From positions 1-32,376 of the forward strand of contig CAZIOQ010000006.1 in NCBI GenBank assembly GCA_964540975.1: a stretch of DNA of 32,376 nt, in the 5' to 3' direction. Shown piece after piece: positions 18,279 through 27,353 of the stretch. A model generated the notes under the pieces. It had not been told where the DNA came from and ran no database searches. It saw only the letters and a program-made list of their open reading frames with translations. A program made the translations under genes and the position numbers. The DNA comes from an uncultured Gammaproteobacteria bacterium (GTDB taxonomy: Bacteria > Patescibacteriota > Microgenomatia > UBA12405 > UBA6130). Position 1 is the first letter of the stretch, and each line of letters begins with the position of its first letter.

Positions 18279-19284
18279 CTGAATTAAAAGATTGGTCAAA
18301 AGCTTGGAAAACTTTTTCTAATGCTTGGGGAAAGTTCTTCGCTTTAAAAATTGCTCCCGAGGCAGTTTGGTGGCCACCGCCGCCTAAGGTCATCGCCCAT
18401 TTTCTAACATCTTTTTTCAAATCTGAAGAGCGAAGGCTAACCCTAAATTCACTTTTGCCAATTTGAGAAAGCAAAAAATATCTCTCGGCTTCCGGTAATG
18501 TTTTCAAATGATTGACTAAAAAATCAAAAGCCGCTTTCCGACCAGATTTAAACAATTGCTGCCAATCTTGGGGAAAAATTTTTAACCAAACCAGTTTTCT
18601 TTTCCGGTCAAGTTCTGCTTGGGAAAGAATTTTGGCCAGAGCTTTTAATTGGTTAAACTTAAAAGCATTAAACAGCAAATTGTTAATTTTGGCAATGTCT
18701 GCTTTCTGTTCGATCAAAAAAGCAGCTGTTTTTAGGGTTTTTGCTGTCGTTGACGGAGTTTGAAAATTTAAGGTATCGCCAACAATCGCGGTCAGCAAAC
18801 AAAAACTTAGTCGTTGATCGAATTTTTGCCTTAGCAATTGAAAAAAATCAACCAAAAGCTCGCCCACAGAGCTTGCCTTAGGATCAACTAATTCTAAATC
18901 AGCCCAAGATCTCTCAAGATGATGATCAATCCTGATTTTTAAACCTTGAGGCAGGAGAAAATTTTTCTTTATCAAAGAAGGATTAGCCACATCAGGAAAA
19001 ATAAACAATTCTTGTTGAAAATTTGAGGGAAACATTTTAATTTTTTTAAACTCAGGCAAAAACTGAAAACTGCGGTCAACTTTTTGGGGGGAGAAAACCA
19101 CTGGTCTTTTGCCAATTTTCTTTAACCACCAAAATAAGGCAAGGCTGGAACCGACAGCATCGGCATCCGGGTCCCGATGAAGAAAAATGGCAATTTTGTT
19201 GGCTTTTTTAATTGCCTGAAACAAAGTTTTTGCTTTTTTAATAATGAACGGCGAATTACAAGCTTTGCTGACTTTGTTCTCCAT
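18256..19284 (-). CDS. nrnA: DHH/DHHA1 phosphoesterase (NrnA-like oligoribonuclease / pAp phosphatase)
   Basis: HRDPDADAVGS, IDHH, GDT..F, VSLRS, GGGGH..ASGA. Confidence 0.9.
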   Translation of the reverse strand: MENKVSKACNSPFIIKKAKTLFQAIKKANKIAIFLHRDPDADAVGSSLALFWWLKKIGKRPVVFSPQKVDRSFQFLPEFKKIKMFPSNFQQELFIFPDVANPSLIKKNFLLPQGLKIRIDHHLERSWADLELVDPKASSVGELLVDFFQLLRQKFDQRLSFCLLTAIVGDTLNFQTPSTTAKTLKTAAFLIEQKADIAKINNLLFNAFKFNQLKALAKILSQAELDRKRKLVWLKIFPQDWQQLFKSGRKAAFDFLVNHLKTLPEAERYFLLSQIGKSEFRVSLRSSDLKKDVRKWAMTLGGGGHQTASGAIFKAKNFPQALEKVFQAFDQSFNSDDKERKP

Positions 19285-19290
19285 TTTTGA

Positions 19291-19299
19291 ATTTTAACA
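19291..19299 (-). promoter_or_regulatory. Extended -10 (TGtTAAAAT) positioned for a leaderless DHH mRNA
   Basis: TGTTAAAAT-TCAAAA-ATG. Confidence 0.55.
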
Positions 19300-19505
19300 A
19301 ATTCTTGAAAAATTAAATAGTCGCTCTTTAATAGTTCTCAACCAGTCTTAAGCAGCCAACTTAATCCAAATTAAAATTGCACGAATTTCTAAATTAGCCT
19401 AATTACCTAAAATGGCGGGTGAGGAATTAGAAATTTAAAAGCTAGAACTGAAAATGCAGGACCGAGGTGGGTTTTCAGGCATGAAAATAAAAAAATCTTT
19501 AAAAA

Positions 19506-20651
19506 TTACTTATAAAGCAAAGGTTTGCCCATTAAAGCCAATTCTAGGCTTAAGCGTCGGTTTTGCTTGTCAATTCTTTCCACAAAACACTTGATTTTTT
19601 CCCCTTCTCTAATTACCATCTGGGGCGGTATTTTACTAATATGAACCAAGCCTTCAATTCCTGGTTCTAATTTAACTAGGGCACCAAAATTAGTCATCTG
19701 GGTCACTACCCCTTCAATTGGTGTATCTTTCGGATATTTCTCTTCGATTGTTTCCCAAGGATCTTTAAAAAGCCTTTTTAAAGAAAACTGCAATTTGCCA
19801 TCCTCTTTAGAAATCAACATTGCTTTTAGCTTGTCTCCTTTTTTATACATCGCCAGCAAATCACTAACTTTGTCCCAGGAGACTTCAGAAATATGAACCA
19901 AACCTTCTAATTGTAAAACGCTTTTGTTTTTTAAGGGCAGTTTAATTTTGACAAACAAGCCAAATGGCTCTACCCTAACCACCTCTGCCCTGAAAACATC
20001 GCCAATTTTTATTTTCTCCATAATCTCTTTTTCTTGATCAACAATCTCTGGTTCACTCGCCATTCTTTCACTAAAGACCAGTCTGTTTTTCTCCCGATCT
20101 ACCTCCAAAACCTTAACTGTAATCTTAAGACCAATTAATTTCTCTGGATTGTGTTGGTATTTAACCCCAATTTGTGAGCCAGGGATAAAACCAAATAAAC
20201 CAAAAGGGGCAATCACTACCACGCCACCAGAAGAGACTTCTTTACCCAAAACCTTGATGTTTTCTCTTGATTTAAATTTCTCTTCAAAAAATTGCCAAGC
20301 TTTTTCAAAAGCCGCTTTCCTGATCGAGAGCAAAATTTGTCCTCTTTCGCTTTCTGGCACCCTCACCTGAGCGGTAATTTCGTCACCAACCTTAAGCTGG
20401 GAAACAAAATCCCGCACTCTCGCCAATTCCTTGCTTAAAACCACTCCTTCTGTTTTAGCACCAATATCAATAAATAAAGCGTTTTTCCTAATTTCTGAGA
20501 CAACACCTTTGACAAACTCTCCCTTTTTCAATCCTTTTATTTTGTAATCCAAAACAGCCAAAAACTCCTCCATCGAGGCAAAAGAAGAGTCTTTTTTAGC
20601 CAATTTGACAGTTGGTTTTTTTAAAGTTAATGAATTTTTCTTTTGACTCAT
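19506..20651 (-). CDS. rpsA: 30S ribosomal protein S1 (four S1 domains)
   Basis: IDIGAKTEG, GFIPGSQI, EGLVHISEVSW, EGLVHISKI. Confidence 0.93.
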   Translation of the reverse strand: MSQKKNSLTLKKPTVKLAKKDSSFASMEEFLAVLDYKIKGLKKGEFVKGVVSEIRKNALFIDIGAKTEGVVLSKELARVRDFVSQLKVGDEITAQVRVPESERGQILLSIRKAAFEKAWQFFEEKFKSRENIKVLGKEVSSGGVVVIAPFGLFGFIPGSQIGVKYQHNPEKLIGLKITVKVLEVDREKNRLVFSERMASEPEIVDQEKEIMEKIKIGDVFRAEVVRVEPFGLFVKIKLPLKNKSVLQLEGLVHISEVSWDKVSDLLAMYKKGDKLKAMLISKEDGKLQFSLKRLFKDPWETIEEKYPKDTPIEGVVTQMTNFGALVKLEPGIEGLVHISKIPPQMVIREGEKIKCFVERIDKQNRRLSLELALMGKPLLYK

Positions 20652-20789
20652 TAACCTGATAAATCCTTTCTTCTAAGATTTGAAACTGGGACATAAGTCA
20701 ACGAACCAAAGCCAAATTATCGACAAATTTTCCCATATCCGACACTTTGGCAAAGGTAAATTAACAATTATCTCCCAGTGATAAGTGTC

Positions 20790-20908
20790 TCCCCGGCTAT
20801 GACCTATTTTCTCCTGACACAAGATCAAGATATCGTCAGCGCTGAAGCGTTTCACTATCCTGTTCGGAATGGGAAGGAGTGGTTCCACTTCGCTCAAATA
20901 ACCGGGGA
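20790..20908 (-). rRNA. rrf: 5S rRNA
   Basis: Helix I TCCCCGG/CCGGGGA; conserved CCCATTCCGAAC, GTGAAACG and AATAGG motifs; 119 nt. Confidence 0.95.
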
Positions 20909-21167
20909 ATTTAATCCAAAAACCAGGCGGTAAAATTTAAGTTTGCTTTTTTGACCGATAGGAATGGTTTGGCTAAAACTGTTACCAGTCTTACACCTAC
21001 CACCCATCACCCAGTAGTCTCCTGGGGGTCTTAACGATTCCTCATCTTGGGGACGGCTTCCCACTTTAGATGCTTTCAGTGGTTATCCGTTAGAAACATA
21101 GCTACCCGGCAGTGCCCTTGGCAGGACAACCGGTACACCAGAGGTTTCTCCAGGTAGGTCCTCTCGT

Positions 21168-21926
21168 CAACTTTTTCTTTTGTTACCAAAAGGTTAGACT
21201 ATACCTTCATCCCGATTTAATCTCGGGAGCTTGCCTTATTATGGAAGCGCTAATTTACCCCTCATCCTAGGAGTATAACTTCCATCTCGTCCGCCAAACA
21301 AATTGGCAAGACTCAGTCGTTAAAGGGGTATCAGGCCTTTCTTAATAAAACTTTGTCTCACAAATTCATAGTTATACTTTTTCCGTACTGTCGCATAGTT
21401 TAACGAAGAAATTTTGTCCGAGAGCTGACATAGTTTTAGAAACTCCTCCGGTCTGGGATTTTTCTCCAAGATAGAAATTGCCTCGAGCATGATCTCAACT
21501 TGCTTTTTCTTAAAGAGAATAGATGGAAACAGTTCTTTTAGAACAGACTTGACCGTCTGGTGACCTTCAATTCTCAACTCAGTAATCCTGTCCTTCCTTC
21601 TCGTTAAATATCCTCTCCCCAATTTTTCTTTGATCTAGAACAGTCCTTTTTCATAACGACTATCCTGATAAAAGCAAATTGTTGTCTTTGCCCTAAAGCC
21701 AAAACTAACTCTCTTTCTTGGTTTACACTGAAGCATTACGCTTCCGTCACCATCCAAAAATCCTGCAATATATGCTTTTTCTTCTTTCTTCATTAAGATC
21801 AGCCTTAACCTTCCCTTGGTGTGGCCCTCTAAGTTACAAGGACCAACAACTTCATTTATTATAGAGGGTTTCACCAATTTGAGCAAGTGTGACCTTGGCA
21901 GTTACCCACCAAGGCAGCATTTATTT
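21168..21926 (-). mobile_element. Group I intron (IA-type, with P7.1/P7.2) inserted after U2656 in the sarcin-ricin loop; 759 nt
   Basis: Exons rejoin as CAGT|ACGAGAGGACC. The 5' exon ends in U and the intron ends in G. Helices: P1 CAGU/GCUG with U-G, P2 CCTTGGTGG-GTAA-CTGCCAAGG, P3 CTTGCT/GGCAAG, P4 TTGGTG/CACCAA, P7 A(C)GACTG/TAGTCT, P8 TCCCGA/TCGGGA, J8/7 GAAGGTATAGTC, P9 CTTTTG-GTAA-CAAAAG. Confidence 0.93.
21320..21793 (-). pseudogene. Single-motif LAGLIDADG homing endonuclease (I-CreI-like) in the intron P6 loop, broken by an in-frame TAG
   Basis: YIAGFLDGDGS motif. Track ORFs 21635-21886 and 21320-21622 are in the same frame, separated only by TAG at 21635-21637 (KGLF*IKEKLGRGY). C-terminal PEEFLKLC..SDKISSLN resembles I-CreI. 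Confidence 0.9.
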
Positions 21927-23418
21927 ACTGTACCCGGATCCCCTCAAGAATCAAGCGGTTATTGTGGATAGAGTCCGAACTGTTTTGCAACGTTCTGAAC
22001 CCAGCTAACGCGGCGCTTTAATGGGCGAACAGACCAACCCTTCCCGGCTTCTTCACCAGGAGGATGCGCCAAGCCGACATCGAGGTCGCGATCCAGGCCG
22101 TCGATATGGACTCTCGGGCCTGACCACGCTGTTATCCCCGGGGTAACTTTTATCGTTTAAGTTCCCTCCCATACCATTTGGCAAGGGAAGATCACTAGGA
22201 CCTGCTTTCGCATCTGCTCGACCCATCGGTCTCGCAGTTAAGCCGGCTTCCGCCCTTACACTACCAGCTCGATTTCCATCCGAGCCTAGCCGACCTTTGT
22301 GAGCCCGCGTTACTCTTTAGCAGGCAACTGCCCCAGTTAAACTGGCAACCAAGCACTGTTCCTGTCCGAGTTTCCATCGAACATAGGTTAGGTTCAAGAA
22401 TGATGAAGAGTGGTATCTCACTGTCGTTCTAACTTAAGGTTAGAACTCCCACCTATTCTCAACAATCATCAAACCATCCCCAATGCTAAGTTCCAGTGAA
22501 GCTCCACGGGGTCTTTTTGTCCCACAATAACTAACCGGCATATTCACCGGTATTTCAATTTCGCCGGGTAGAGGGTCGGAGACAGTTGCTCGGTCGTGAA
22601 GTCGTTCATACCGGCCAGAACTTACCTGGCAATGGACTTCGCTACCTTTGGACAGTTATGGTTACTGCCGTCGTTCACCGGGGCTTCAGGCTGCAGCACT
22701 AGCGCTTTGCCAGCACCGCTCTCCTTAACCTTCCGGCACCGGACAGACCTCAGCCCCTATATCTCCCCTTACGGGTTTGCAGGGACCGGTGTTTTTGGTA
22801 AACAGTCGCCGAGCACTCTTTTGTTGCAGCCTACCTTACCACAGGATAAGGTAGGCAAGGCATCTTGCGAACTTACACCTAGCTTGTTTGCCGAGTTCCT
22901 TGACCCTCTTTTACCCGATTGCCTTGGTCTACTCGACCTGCCCACCAGTGTTGGTTTGTGGTACGAATGCCGTTAGTTTTTGTCCACCAATTGGCAGACC
23001 GAAGCGAAGTTTTTCTCGGCATCTTAGCTTAATCTGTTCTCCTAATCCTAAGATTAGGATCACTGCTAAGCTCGCCTCCAAATCAAGATGGCGGATTTGC
23101 CAACCATCTCTGACTTGCCAAGCAGACGCTCCGATTCCACTGGAACGCCAGATCTACCAAGATGCGTCACTCCCCTTCAAAAAAACTAACGACAGCGCCG
23201 GAATATTAACCGGCCATCCTTCGGCTACTCCCCTGAAGCCAGAGGACTGACCTTAGGATCGGCTAACCCTCAGTCGACGGCCGTTGCTGAGGAAACCTTA
23301 GGCTTTCGGCATTCCGGATTCTCACCGGAATCACGCTACTCATGCCGGCATTCACACTTCCCGACGCTCCACCCCGCCTTACAGCGAAGCTTCACTGCCT
23401 CGGGAACGCTCCCTTACC

Positions 23419-23610
23419 ATCCTCGCCCCCTGGACGAGGAAATCCTAAAAGATTAAATCCTAATCGCAATTCTAAACAAATTCTAGTTTGCCAATTTCTC
23501 CAATTCAAAACATTTTTGTTTGGAGCATTTGATTTTGGCATTTTGAGATTGTTTAGGGCTTAGGATTTAGAGATTCGTGCTTAGAATTTCCTTGTCCAAG
23601 AGGCAAGAAT
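23419..23610 (-). other. Intervening sequence (~190-nt hairpin) in 23S helix 45
   Basis: TGGACGAGGAAATCCTAA ... TTAGAATTTCCTTGTCCA arms with an AT-rich interior, between the conserved GAACGCTCCC.TACC and CTTCGG segments; no ORF. Confidence 0.8.
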
Positions 23611-24195
23611 CTTCGTCTTCGGCAATCTGCTTAAGCCTCGTTAAATTTTCGGCGCATCTTGCCCTTCCCAAAACAAATTTGGGAATCGAGTGGTGAGCTG
23701 TTACGCTTTCTTTAAAGGATGGCTGCCTCTAAGCCAACCTCCCACCTGTCTTGGGCAAAACACTACCTTTCCCACTGAGCAGATTTTAGAGGCCTTAGAC
23801 AGAAGTCTGGGATGTTTCCCTCTTGTCCAACCAGCTTAGCCCGGCTGGGCTGACTGCTTTATCAAACTTACCTGGTATTTGGAGTTTGATTGGATAGAGG
23901 ATCTTGCGATCCTTTACCCATTCAGTGCTCTACCACCAGGAAGGTTAAGATAAAACGCTATACCTAAATATATTTCAGGGAGAACCAGCTATCTCCGGGT
24001 TCGATTGGCATATTACCCCTAACCCCAGGTCATCCGATGGGGTTGCAGCCCCAACCGGTACGGGCCTCCTTCTGATTTTTATCAGAATTCACCCTGCCCA
24101 AGGTTAGCTCACCCGGTTTCGGGTCTTCCGTCAGCTGCTCAGGCCTTATTCAGACCCCGCCGAAAAAATTTCGGCATCGGTTTCCCTCTGCCTCC

Positions 24196-24269
24196 CCCCG
24201 CACCTTTGTCGTCGAAGCACATCGGTCATCCAAACCCTTCCAAACGCTTCGCCCCACAAAGGTGCGGGG
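24196..24269 (-). other. Expansion hairpin in 23S helix 28
   Basis: Perfect 14-bp stem CCCCGCACCTTTGT/ACAAAGGTGCGGGG replacing the short E. coli loop. Confidence 0.7.
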
Positions 24270-24325
24270 TTAGACTCGCAACTGACGAAAACTCGCCGGC
24301 TCATTCTTCAATAGGCACGGTATCA

Positions 24326-24475
24326 CACCTCGCTTCGCTCGGTGCTCAAATTCAAAATGCAAAATTCAAAATTTAATCTGTCCGCGACGCGTCTATATAA
24401 ATTATTGCCGAGCAATACCATAATTTTGATTTTTGATATTTAATCTTTGATTTAAGCATCGAGTGAAACGAGATG
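24326..24475 (-). other. Intervening sequence (~150-nt hairpin) in 23S helix 25
   Basis: About 26-bp basal stem (CATCTCGTTTCACTCGATGCTTAAAT / ATTTGAGCACCGAGCGAAGCGAGGTG) continued by heptamer repeats. Confidence 0.8.
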
Positions 24476-24540
24476 CTCTACCTGCTTGTTAGCAAGCGGT
24501 TTTAAGTTCTATTTCACTCCCCTTCCGGGGTTCTTTTCAT

Positions 24541-24573
<33 letters not shown>

Positions 24574-25115
24574 GCAAGAGTATTTAGCCTTTCCCGATGG
24601 TCCGGGAAGATTCCCACGGGGTTACACGTGGCCCGCGGTACTCAGGAATTCCGTGCTTGTCTACTAAGATTTTGCCTACGAGGCTTTCACTCTCTTTGGC
24701 CGCCCATTCCATGGCGTTCTGCTACCCTTTCGACAAGGGTGATACGGAATCCTCCAACCTCCAGCTGTTTCCAAAGAAACGGCTAGGTTTGGGCCTAACC
24801 GCTTTCGCTCACCGCTACTTACGGCATCACTACGTTGTCAAGCAACGTTTTTCGTTTTCTCCTCCTCTGGGTACTAAGATGTTTCAGTTCCCCAGGTTCC
24901 CTCACCGCGTTTAGACGCAGTGTATCCCGATTCAACATCGGGATGGGTTTCCCCATTCGGAAACCGCCGGATCAAAGGTTGCAGACACCTTCCCGACGAG
25001 TATCGCCGTCTGCCGCGTCCTTCTTCGGCTCTTGCCGCCAAGATATCCACCACTTGCTTCAGTAAAAACAAAGCTTAAATTTACCGCCTTGTTTCTGAAT
25101 TAAACTCCCAACTTT

Positions 25116-25128
25116 TTTTCAAAGTGCA
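25116..25128 (-). promoter_or_regulatory. boxA-like antitermination site upstream of 23S
   Basis: TGCACTTTGAAAA immediately after tRNA-Ala; consensus TGCTCTTTAACA. Confidence 0.55.
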
Positions 25129-25129
25129 G

Positions 25130-25203
25130 TGGAGCTGGGCGGGGTCGAACCGCCGACCTTCCCGCTGCAAACGGGGTGCTCTTGCCAGCTGAGCTACAGC
25201 CCC
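25130..25203 (-). tRNA. tRNA-Ala(TGC); CCA not encoded
   Basis: GGGGCTGTAGCTCAGCTGGCAAGAGCACCCCGTT-TGC-AGCGGGAAGGTCGGCGGTTCGACCCCGCCCAGCTCCA; G3-U70. Confidence 0.96.
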
Positions 25204-25209
25204 TTGATT

Positions 25210-25238
25210 AAAAAAACCGGGACCTTTGTCCCGGCTTT
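25210..25238 (-). terminator. Intrinsic terminator-like hairpin in the rRNA leader
   Basis: AAAG-CCGGGAC-AAAG-GTCCCGG-TTTTTTT, ending 6 nt before tRNA-Ala. Confidence 0.7.
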
Positions 25239-25338
25239 AACCTCTGAAACACCCCTTCTGTCTAAACAAGAATTGCCTGAATGAGTCTATTAAAAGTCAT
25301 TAATGGGACAAAGGCAAAGTTATTCTAACTGTGCTTTA

Positions 25339-25367
25339 ATTATATCGAGAGTCCAAGGGGTTGTCAA
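25339..25367 (-). promoter_or_regulatory. Consensus sigma70 promoter of the tRNA-Ala-23S-5S unit
   Basis: TTGACA-N17-TATAAT, a perfect match. Confidence 0.9.
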
Positions 25368-25542
25368 TAAGCCATTTCAGGTAAAATACCCAAGCGCATC
25401 AATCCGCTTTCTTACAAAAAATTTTAAACGAAAACAAAGTTAAGTTTTTCTCTTTTTTTCGTCCATTTCCCAAGCGATTGGCGTAACAACACCAAGATGG
25501 ATGCTTCATTAACAACCAGTATTTGGTGGTAAAATAGTCTTG

Positions 25543-27079
25543 ATGAATAAATTTTTAAAACAAAAACTTCTTATCGGCTTGCTTTTTTTCTTAATTAGTC
25601 TAGTTATTCTTTTTTTAAATTATTATCCCCACTACTATGGGTTAAGAAAAACACCCTCAGGTTCTTTCTATTCCGGACAAGCTTCTTGGTTTGACCCGTG
25701 GGACATTAATAATTATTTTGCCATAATCAGACGAGCCCAAGAAAAAAGAAGCTTACTGCTTGAAAATTTCAATACCAGTCAGCCGACTAAGCCAACCCTA
25801 ATTTATCCCTTCTATACTATTGCCGGTAATCTTTTCCCCAATATTAATTATATTATTTTGTTTCATGTTTTAACTATTGTTTGTGGATTTTTATTAATCC
25901 TAGCTATTTTTTACTCCTCCTTTCTTCTCCTGAAAAACACCGCCTATTCACTAGTCTCCCTTCTGTTTATTTCCTTGGGCGGAGGCTTTGGTTGGCTTTT
26001 TTCCTCGTCCGGGCAATCCGCCGATATTTATATCCCCGGACTCACTTTTTTATTTCCTTCCAAAAACCCCACCAAGCAATCGCCACCATTCTTTCCATTT
26101 TTTCTCTTGTTTTTTATTTTCTGGCGATCCAAAAGAAAAACTACTTTTTAAACCTAATCTCTCTTTTTTGCTTTTATTACTCATTCCTTTTTCTCCTTAT
26201 TATCCTTTAGTCTATTTTCTAATTTGCGGCTTGTTTGTTTTGATTTACTTTGACAAAACCCGACTCTATCCCCTTTCTTTCCTCGGATTAAATTTGATAA
26301 TTTTTCTCCCCATTGGGATTTTGTATCTCTCCCATTTCGCCTCCTCAGGATATTCCGTTCTTACTAGCTATCAACCCCAACCGCTTTCACTTTCTTCGCT
26401 TGCCTTAGGCTACGGCTTGTTTCTGCCGATTTTTATCTATCAACTCTTCCACTTAACCCCGAAGGATAAAACAATGGTTTTTTTAAATATCTGGTTTCTT
26501 GCCTCCTTTTTGCTCTCTTGCTTCCCTATTGGATTCGGCAGACTTTTTTTAAATGGACTTCTTTTTCCTCTGGTTTTAATCAATCTTCTTTCTTATAAAG
26601 ACGTTGCTCTAAAGTTTCAAACAAGCTCCTGGTTAATAATTTTAATTTTAGCAATTGCTTCTCCCTTATCTTCAATTCATATTTTCACTGCTAGGATAAA
26701 TGAAACAAAGAAACAAAATCCTTGGTATTATTTGCCTTTGGAGATAAAAGCTGGTTTTGAGTTTTTGGAAAAAGAAAAAAACAGCAATGGCGTTTTGGCT
26801 TTACCTTTGCTCTCAAGCTATATTCCTGCCTGGACAGGTAAAAACGTCTATTGCGGCCATAAGGATCAGACTCCGAATTTTGAGGAAAAATTAGCCAAAA
26901 TCATCAATTTTTACTCAGGAAAATTCTCTTTAAAAGAAGGAGAAAGGTTTTTGAAAGATAATAAGATAGATTTTGTCGCCTATTCTCAAGAAGAAAAACA
27001 ACTGGGCGTTCTCAACTATCCTTTTTTAAAAAGTAGTTACAAAAACGAAAAAATTGAAATTCTCAAAAAAAGATCATAA
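25543..27079 (+). pseudogene. GT-C-like polytopic membrane protein (~512 aa) split by two single-base frameshifts
   Basis: Adding one T to each T6 run (26046-26051, 26164-26169) joins the three track ORFs: ...IPGLTFFISFQKPHQAI...NLISLFLLLLLIPFSPYY.... Motifs D..NYFA.I, GGGFGW, IPAWTGKNVYCGH..QT, FLKDNKIDFV. Confidence 0.7.
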
Positions 27080-27199
27080 CGAACTTGCGAGTGGGTCGTT
27101 CTTGCACCTGTTTTATAAAAAATGAAACCTTCCCCAGCGCGGCCGCTGGCTAGTATCCCCCAGACAAAAACACTGCTTTGATATAATATTAGTTTAAAT

Positions 27200-27353
27200 A
27201 TGGAATTTCTTTTTGCCACCCCAGGACTAATAATCTTACTTCTTGTCCTTATTTTTGTCTTCAATAAAACAAGTTAATCGGTATGAACGAGGGGTGCGCT
27301 TCCGCTTTGGTAAATTTCGCGATGAGATGTTGCCTGGATGGCGGATTGTATAA
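27200..27353 (+). pseudogene. Relic of an SPFH/band-7 (slipin/stomatin-like) gene, N-terminus only
   Basis: MEFLFATPGLIILLLVL, then a frameshift in a T5 run, then LSSIKQVNRYERGVRFRFGKF....PGWRIV*. Extended -10 TGATATAAT at 27179-27187. Confidence 0.7.

Noticed and set aside
19300-19505. Possible ncRNA between rpsA and the DHH gene (AATTTCTAA/TTAGAAATT and CTGAAAA/TTTTCAG arms)
   Set aside because: Only short AT-rich stems; no recognisable family motif.
21635-21637. TAG recoding: an in-frame TAG in the endonuclease, and none of the called genes in the window ends in TAG
   Set aside because: No internal TAG occurs in any of the ~25 intact genes. TAG is simply rare in AT-rich genomes, so a TGG>TAG mutation is the simpler explanation.
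25204-25338. T-box riboswitch upstream of tRNA-Ala
   Set aside because: No UGGN-ACC T-box bulge, and the leader is too short for a canonical stem I.
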